From Phoronis australis (lineage: Eukaryota; Animalia; Phoronida): DNA of 64,000 bases. Position numbers and translations under genes: made by a program. Under the pieces are notes generated by a model, which was not told where the DNA came from, searched no databases, and saw nothing but the letters and a program-made list of their open reading frames with translations. Below are positions 59,401 to 64,000 of the stretch, piece by piece. Where the stretch lies: contig NMRA01000551.1 in NCBI GenBank assembly GCA_002633005.1, forward strand, positions 13,635-77,634. The letters are read 5' to 3'. The stretch's first letter is position 1; each line of letters begins with the position of its first letter.

Positions 59401-62400
59401 CAAGAAAGGATTAAAAATTGACTTCTTTTCTTAAATCAACAGGCTAAGGCTTCATCTAGTAAGCCAGCAGAATCTTCACCTGTGACTACAGCGACCCCTA
59501 GTGCAGCCACAGTTACAACCACCACCACCACAAGTGCACCGAGTGCCCCCACAACAGTGGCGACACCTGCTGCCACAGCGACTACACCCGCTGCAGCTTC
59601 CACAGCTGCGACACCTGCTGAGACGACAGACAGTAAAAAGGAGGATGCACCCAAGGCACCATCAAGGTGGGTGGTTGACAGCATGGTGACGTGAGCTACG
59701 CTGTGTATATAGGGTTACTTGATACAGGGCTGCGAACTGTTACGGATTTATTCGTATTCTATGTACTTTAAGGGCCTAAAAGATCACTACATACAGATTT
59801 TCAAATGTTACGGATATTGAGCATTTATTTCTCTTCAAAAATATGAGATGAATGTTAAAATTATTTTAACATCGTCGGTGTTTTGTAGCACCGTATGACC
59901 GAAGATTGAGGCAGAAAGTGACGGGAATTGTCGAAAACGCAAGATCCAACCAATAAGACTTATCCTGAGTTCCAGTGTAGAATGCAATTTGCATACAAAA
60001 TTTCCCTTATGTGATTGTTCAATTTTTTGTGAAGGACTGGCCAATGAAAAAATGGGCTTACTTGGTTTTGCATTGTGGTATATCATCGTATGCATTGGAA
60101 TTGTGTTAAGATGTGTAGAGCGAAATTTCGGAGACGAGTATCTGGTGAATTAAATTACCTGCGTTTAATCATGCTGTCTTCAACGCTGAGAACCCTGATA
60201 TCTCCAACACCAGTATGGATCAGGAATTATGAGATATCGGGATTTGGGAGGCCATCGTAGTGTGGGAAGAAATCAACCATGCTGACAGCAAAATCCGAAA
60301 ACATCGATGTGACGTGCAGGACTTCATCCAGGTTTTCGAAAATAGGGTCTCCAAAATGGGTTCGCAATATTCCAGGGCATCCATGATTCTTCGTTCACCA
60401 ACAAACCCCCCTCACACACTGATGTTTTTTACACACATGCATAGACCAAGACTTTTACATCTAAGTTTACAAAAATAACCCCCTGTAGTGAGTTTTTTTG
60501 CTAAAAAACTGCGTGGACCAAGGCTTTTACGTCCAAATTTTCAAAAACAAAGGAGTTTACCAAACAAATATTAGAGATATTGGTTGAACGATGTGTGCAC
60601 TATGTTTTTGGTGATCTCAAGTCAAATTGCTGTTATAAAGTTTATCATATCATCTTAACTAGTTTTTATATTCTGTACAATGAGGTATCAGAGCCGCATT
60701 GCGATGGCGTCCAGATTAGTGCTAGGTCATCCATATGGACGCCCAGGACGTACACTGCATGAAGGCCTGGTGATGAGCTGAGTTATTATGAAATGTTGCT
60801 TTTTAATTCAACACAACTTGAATTGAAAATTTCTGTTTTCGTGTGTATCAATCCATCTTGCGATTGAAATTTAAACTTGCGGAAAATGTTGGAAATCTTA
60901 CTAAATACGGATTTTTAACATGAAAGTTACAGATTATGTTGTGAATGGGTTGGCAGTGCTGTTGATGACTTGTAGTCTTACCACAGCAATAGCATGATCA
61001 CTTGAAGTCATGGTAACATTAGATCTCATTACTGATACTTCTGTCCTCTGACTGGTTATAACATAGTATGACATCTTCAGATATAACGTAACGTTAATCA
61101 GTTTAGTGTGGAGTATCACTTTATTTATGCCACTCGGACATCAGATGTTGTTATTCAAGATCTGACCGATACAGACCATAAACCCTGACCACGAAGTAAG
61201 CAGATGATGTCTGTGCAGGTAAGAACTAGCTAATCTAATAACAGAAAAAAGTCAGAGGAAAGAAGCATCAGTAGCCCTGTAATGAAACGAATATAGACTG
61301 ATCCCTCTGGCATATCAGGTCATATTGGCCTTGGGTAATATTTCTCTCCCTCGGTCCATGTCACCTTATGATGTGATCATAGGGACAGCTCCATATTTCT
61401 ATACTACGTATGTACAAGATTAGTCACAGTTGATACGACATGTGTATGTACCACATGAATAAAGGAAGACGGCCTTGGTTTATTGCACGTACCTGTTGGG
61501 AGAAACTGTTGTGAAACTGTGACAGGAGCCCCAAGTATTGTGTGATGTGGGTACTTTTTATAGAATAGTCATTACATGGGTTGTGTTCGTTATTAGCATG
61601 ACTCCCAAAAGCTTGACTAGCTAGAGTTATGAATGTGTATCAGGCCTGGTGTGTGGAAATGCTCCTAAACTGGTGAGGTTCATCTGTGCCTGCCTATATG
61701 TAATGATAGTCAAAGAACCAAAATGACTCTAAATATCTTGTATTGTTATTGTAATCTGCTGTCATACATAAAAGTAATTTGGACAGTAATCTGAAGAAAT
61801 CCATCTTTAATGAAATATAATCATGGAATGTTAGAAGTGTTAACTCATCTCAGTTCAGAGCTTGAAGTCATTCTTTAAATGCAAAATCAAAACAAAACGA
61901 GGCTGTCCATTGAAATACGTGTGTACCCCAACAAACTGGTGCTGTGTTGTTCACATTCACAATGTCACTTAAACTTACCGATCCATGCTTCTAGTCTTGG
62001 CTGTATATTTTGATCACTGTTTTCCAGTGAGTCTGCATCAGCCACCAGTAACACGGGTTCAGCGTCTACCACATCCGGCCTGTCTGTGGCTGAAAGTACG
62101 CTAGTGACCGGCGACAATTTGGAAACAGTCATCAGCGAGATGATGTCACTGGGCTTCACACGCGACCTCGTGGAGCGTGCCCTAGTGTCCAGCTTTAACA
62201 ATCCCGACCGTGCCGTGGAATATCTGCTGTCTGGCAGTATACCCGAGGTCATGGACCCAGAGCCACCGCGAGAGGCAGTTCAGCAGGGCGCCACTACCAC
62301 ACCCAGCGGCCAGGAGGGTCAAGCACCCCCGTCAGGAGAGGGTGAGTACAGGTCACAAGTGTTGTTGATTTGAATAAAGGAGAAAGGGTGTGGGGACTGA

Positions 62401-63166
62401 GGGCAACATATTTAATGCTCATCTTGTGGAGAATGAGAAAACGATAATAACTCATGGGACATGTAAAAGCTTTATAAATGACTCTCATTTTGTGAGACAC
62501 GTTGCAAGTTCAAGCGTTTAGTTTTGCTTGGTAAACTTTCTTTTTCCTTGAAAAAAACACGGAAAATGAAAAATCATGGAAAATTAAATGAAAACAGAAA
62601 TTGAGTGGGCACCATGTAGAAAAATGTAAACTTATAGGGAGCTTTTCAATTTCAAAGCTATTGGGGACTTGATCACCAAGCCTATAGATTTAGACAAATA
62701 TTTACCAAATTATCAATAAGTCATGTATAGTATATACGTTCTGAAAGTAGAAACCTTTTTGAATTTCATTTTTGACTTTTTACCAGTCTGCCGTTAATTC
62801 ATTCATGTGGTCATATCTTTTCATAAAATTCACCGCCAAAGAGAGATACAATCATAGCAATAAATCAGTAAGATGACCAAATTTGTTTTGACAGGAATAT
62901 TTAAGATGGACTCTCAAAGATTGCAGTTTTCTCTATTGTCTTTTTGTTTTATGCAACTTATGAGTTTTTATAAAAAACCGTGTTTTTGATATCCGTTCAT
63001 GGAAATGTGGTGTTCACTCCACTATATTTCTCATCCTACAGATAGCCTGGAATTCCTAGCATCATCACCCCAGTTCCAGCAGATGCGACGCATGGTACAA
63101 CAAAACCCTTCTATGTTACACCAGTTGCTAGAACAGCTGGGCCAACAAAACCCTCAGCTATTACAG
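50349..63166 (+). CDS. RAD23: UV excision repair protein RAD23 homolog (5' part; continues past the window)
   Basis: Exons 50349-50414, 54775-54853, 56232-56311, 59443-59666, 62028-62341, 63042-63166. UBL ([17 protein letters not shown]...[13 protein letters not shown]...[11 protein letters not shown]), Thr/Ala/Pro linker, UBA1 ([31 protein letters not shown]) and XPC-binding/STI1 ([21 protein letters not shown]). Phases consistent. Confidence 0.96.
50897..52925. repeat. Long diverged inverted repeat (~50897-51255 vs ~52600-52925) in RAD23 intron 1
   Basis: For example CCTAGGCAATGACCA...CCAGAGGCAATGCAGCT...AAAGTCACGTTGTTATAAATACCTTTTGCGCA and its reverse complement. Confidence 0.85.
51466..52488. 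mobile_element. piggyBac-like MITE
   Basis: TTAA on both sides; TIR CTCTTTCAACTCC / GGTGTTGAAAGGG. Subterminal palindrome CAGACCGCTTAAGCGGTCTG. Confidence 0.7.
54775..54853 (+). CDS. RAD23: RAD23 exon 2 (UBL)
   Basis: acag|[27 protein letters not shown]|gtaggt. Confidence 0.95.
55407..55524. repeat. Tandem repeat, 38-bp unit x3
   Basis: CCTCTATCACTATTATTACACACAATCAATATGTTAGT, identical units. Confidence 0.95.
55644..55834. repeat. Tandem repeat, 62-bp unit x3
   Basis: ATTAAAAATGATATCTAGG...CAGATGAGGCCC, identical units. Confidence 0.95.
56232..56311 (+). CDS. RAD23: RAD23 exon 3 (UBL end)
   Basis: gcag|[27 protein letters not shown]|gtaggt. Confidence 0.95.
56369..58538. mobile_element. 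hAT-like non-autonomous element with 5-bp TSD in RAD23 intron 3
   Basis: Perfect 13-bp TIR CAGTGTTCTCCAC / GTGGAGAACACTG, with GTAGG on both flanks. Subterminal GCG(T/A)CC(T/A)GTTTA repeats at both ends. Confidence 0.75.
59443..59666 (+). CDS. RAD23: RAD23 exon 4 (Thr/Ala/Pro linker)
   Basis: caacag|[19 protein letters not shown]...KAPS-AG|gtgggt. Confidence 0.9.
59725..60961. mobile_element. hAT-like MITE in RAD23 intron 4
   Basis: Imperfect TIR CAGGGCTGCGAAC / GTTGGCAGTGCTG, with TACGGATTT subterminal motifs at both ends. Flanks TTGATA/TTGATG. Confidence 0.5.
62028..62341 (+). CDS. RAD23: RAD23 exon 5 (UBA1)
   Basis: tttccag|T...G|gtgagt. AESTLVTG...[14 protein letters not shown]. Confidence 0.95.
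63042..63166 (+). CDS. RAD23: RAD23 exon 6 (XPC-binding domain)
   Basis: ctacag|[16 protein letters not shown]...NPQLLQ|gttagt. Confidence 0.95.
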
Positions 63167-64000
63167 GTTAGTCTCGTCATGTACCTTTCTTCAAGGTCTT
63201 ATTGTGAAAGGGGCAATAAAGCTGCTTTTTCTTGTCAAAAACAGGTCACAGTTTAGGCTTGTTTATGTTTAAAATCCGTCTCATCTTATTCTTTCTTCAG
63301 TAGTCAGAAATGATTTCTCCACTTGAGAAGAACTGACATTTCACTATTGCTTCCAAACGTTCCTTTTAAATCGCTCGTCACGTTCGGTCAGTTTTAGCCG
63401 CCAACTGAGTATGTCCATCAGTTGATTTATTGTAACCTATTTCAATTCAAACGTGGGATAAGAATGCAGTGACGTTGCATTGGATCTTGATCAAGTATCC
63501 CTGAAAAGAAAGTTGATGTTTTTGAAAAACCTCTTTCGTTTTACTTATCCTAAGCTATGCCATCGCGTTACTATCTTTCATTTCAATTGAACCTGGTTAT
63601 AAGCAAAGGCCTGGAATTTCTGACAGCCTCAGGGCTGTTCCAGTAAAATCCGTGTGGGAGGGGGGGACGGCAGTAGAAATAAAAATTCATGGGTGGTGGT
63701 CTTCAGAAAAAAACACAAATTATGGGTGGTCGTTCCTGTAAGAAGTGATGCATTAAAAATGGGTGGTATTTTTTGACCTGTTAATGTTGACAGGTTGGTT
63801 ACTTCAGCCCTCAAAACTCAAAACAAGCCAATACAAAAAAGCCCATATTGCCAGTGAACAGAGTGCAATATGTTCACTTAGCCATTAATCAAGTCATGGG
63901 CAACTTGATTTGAGCCAACTGTTAGTCTGCAGTCCTATTGAATTGAAAAGTTATGCAACACTAAACTGGTGTTAACACATATAAGAAAATTGATGATTTT

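Overview
Intron-rich, AT-rich animal genomic DNA, most likely an invertebrate; the taxon cannot be fixed from this window. By manual splice-site and phase reconstruction it contains four genes or gene parts. (i) The last, transmembrane-coding exon of an upstream + strand gene (2451-2629). (ii-iii) Two tandem, paralogous minus-strand type I membrane C-type-lectin receptor genes: gene A (10119-23601, 8 exons, 890 aa: signal-CTLD-CTLD-long Thr/Pro mucin stalk-TM-tail) and gene B (32371-47859, 11 exons, 830 aa: signal-Sushi-CTLD-CTLD-Sushi-Ser/Thr stalk-TM-Tyr-rich tail with NPxY and an ITIM-like motif). (iv) The first six coding exons of RAD23 on the + strand (50349-63166, continuing past the window), head-to-head with gene B. 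The rest is a dense mix of DNA transposons (an internally deleted Kolobok keeping the heads of both genes; piggyBac-, hAT- and Tc1-like MITEs; a THAP remnant), decayed LINE fragments, tandem repeats, palindromes and one 300-N assembly gap. The best candidate for an undescribed system is the lectin receptor pair. It shows Cys-less EPN/WND domains, reciprocal intron positions, a dead Sushi exon, and an ITIM-like motif that is intact in one paralog and cut by a stop in the other. All calls were made by eye; no database searches were run.
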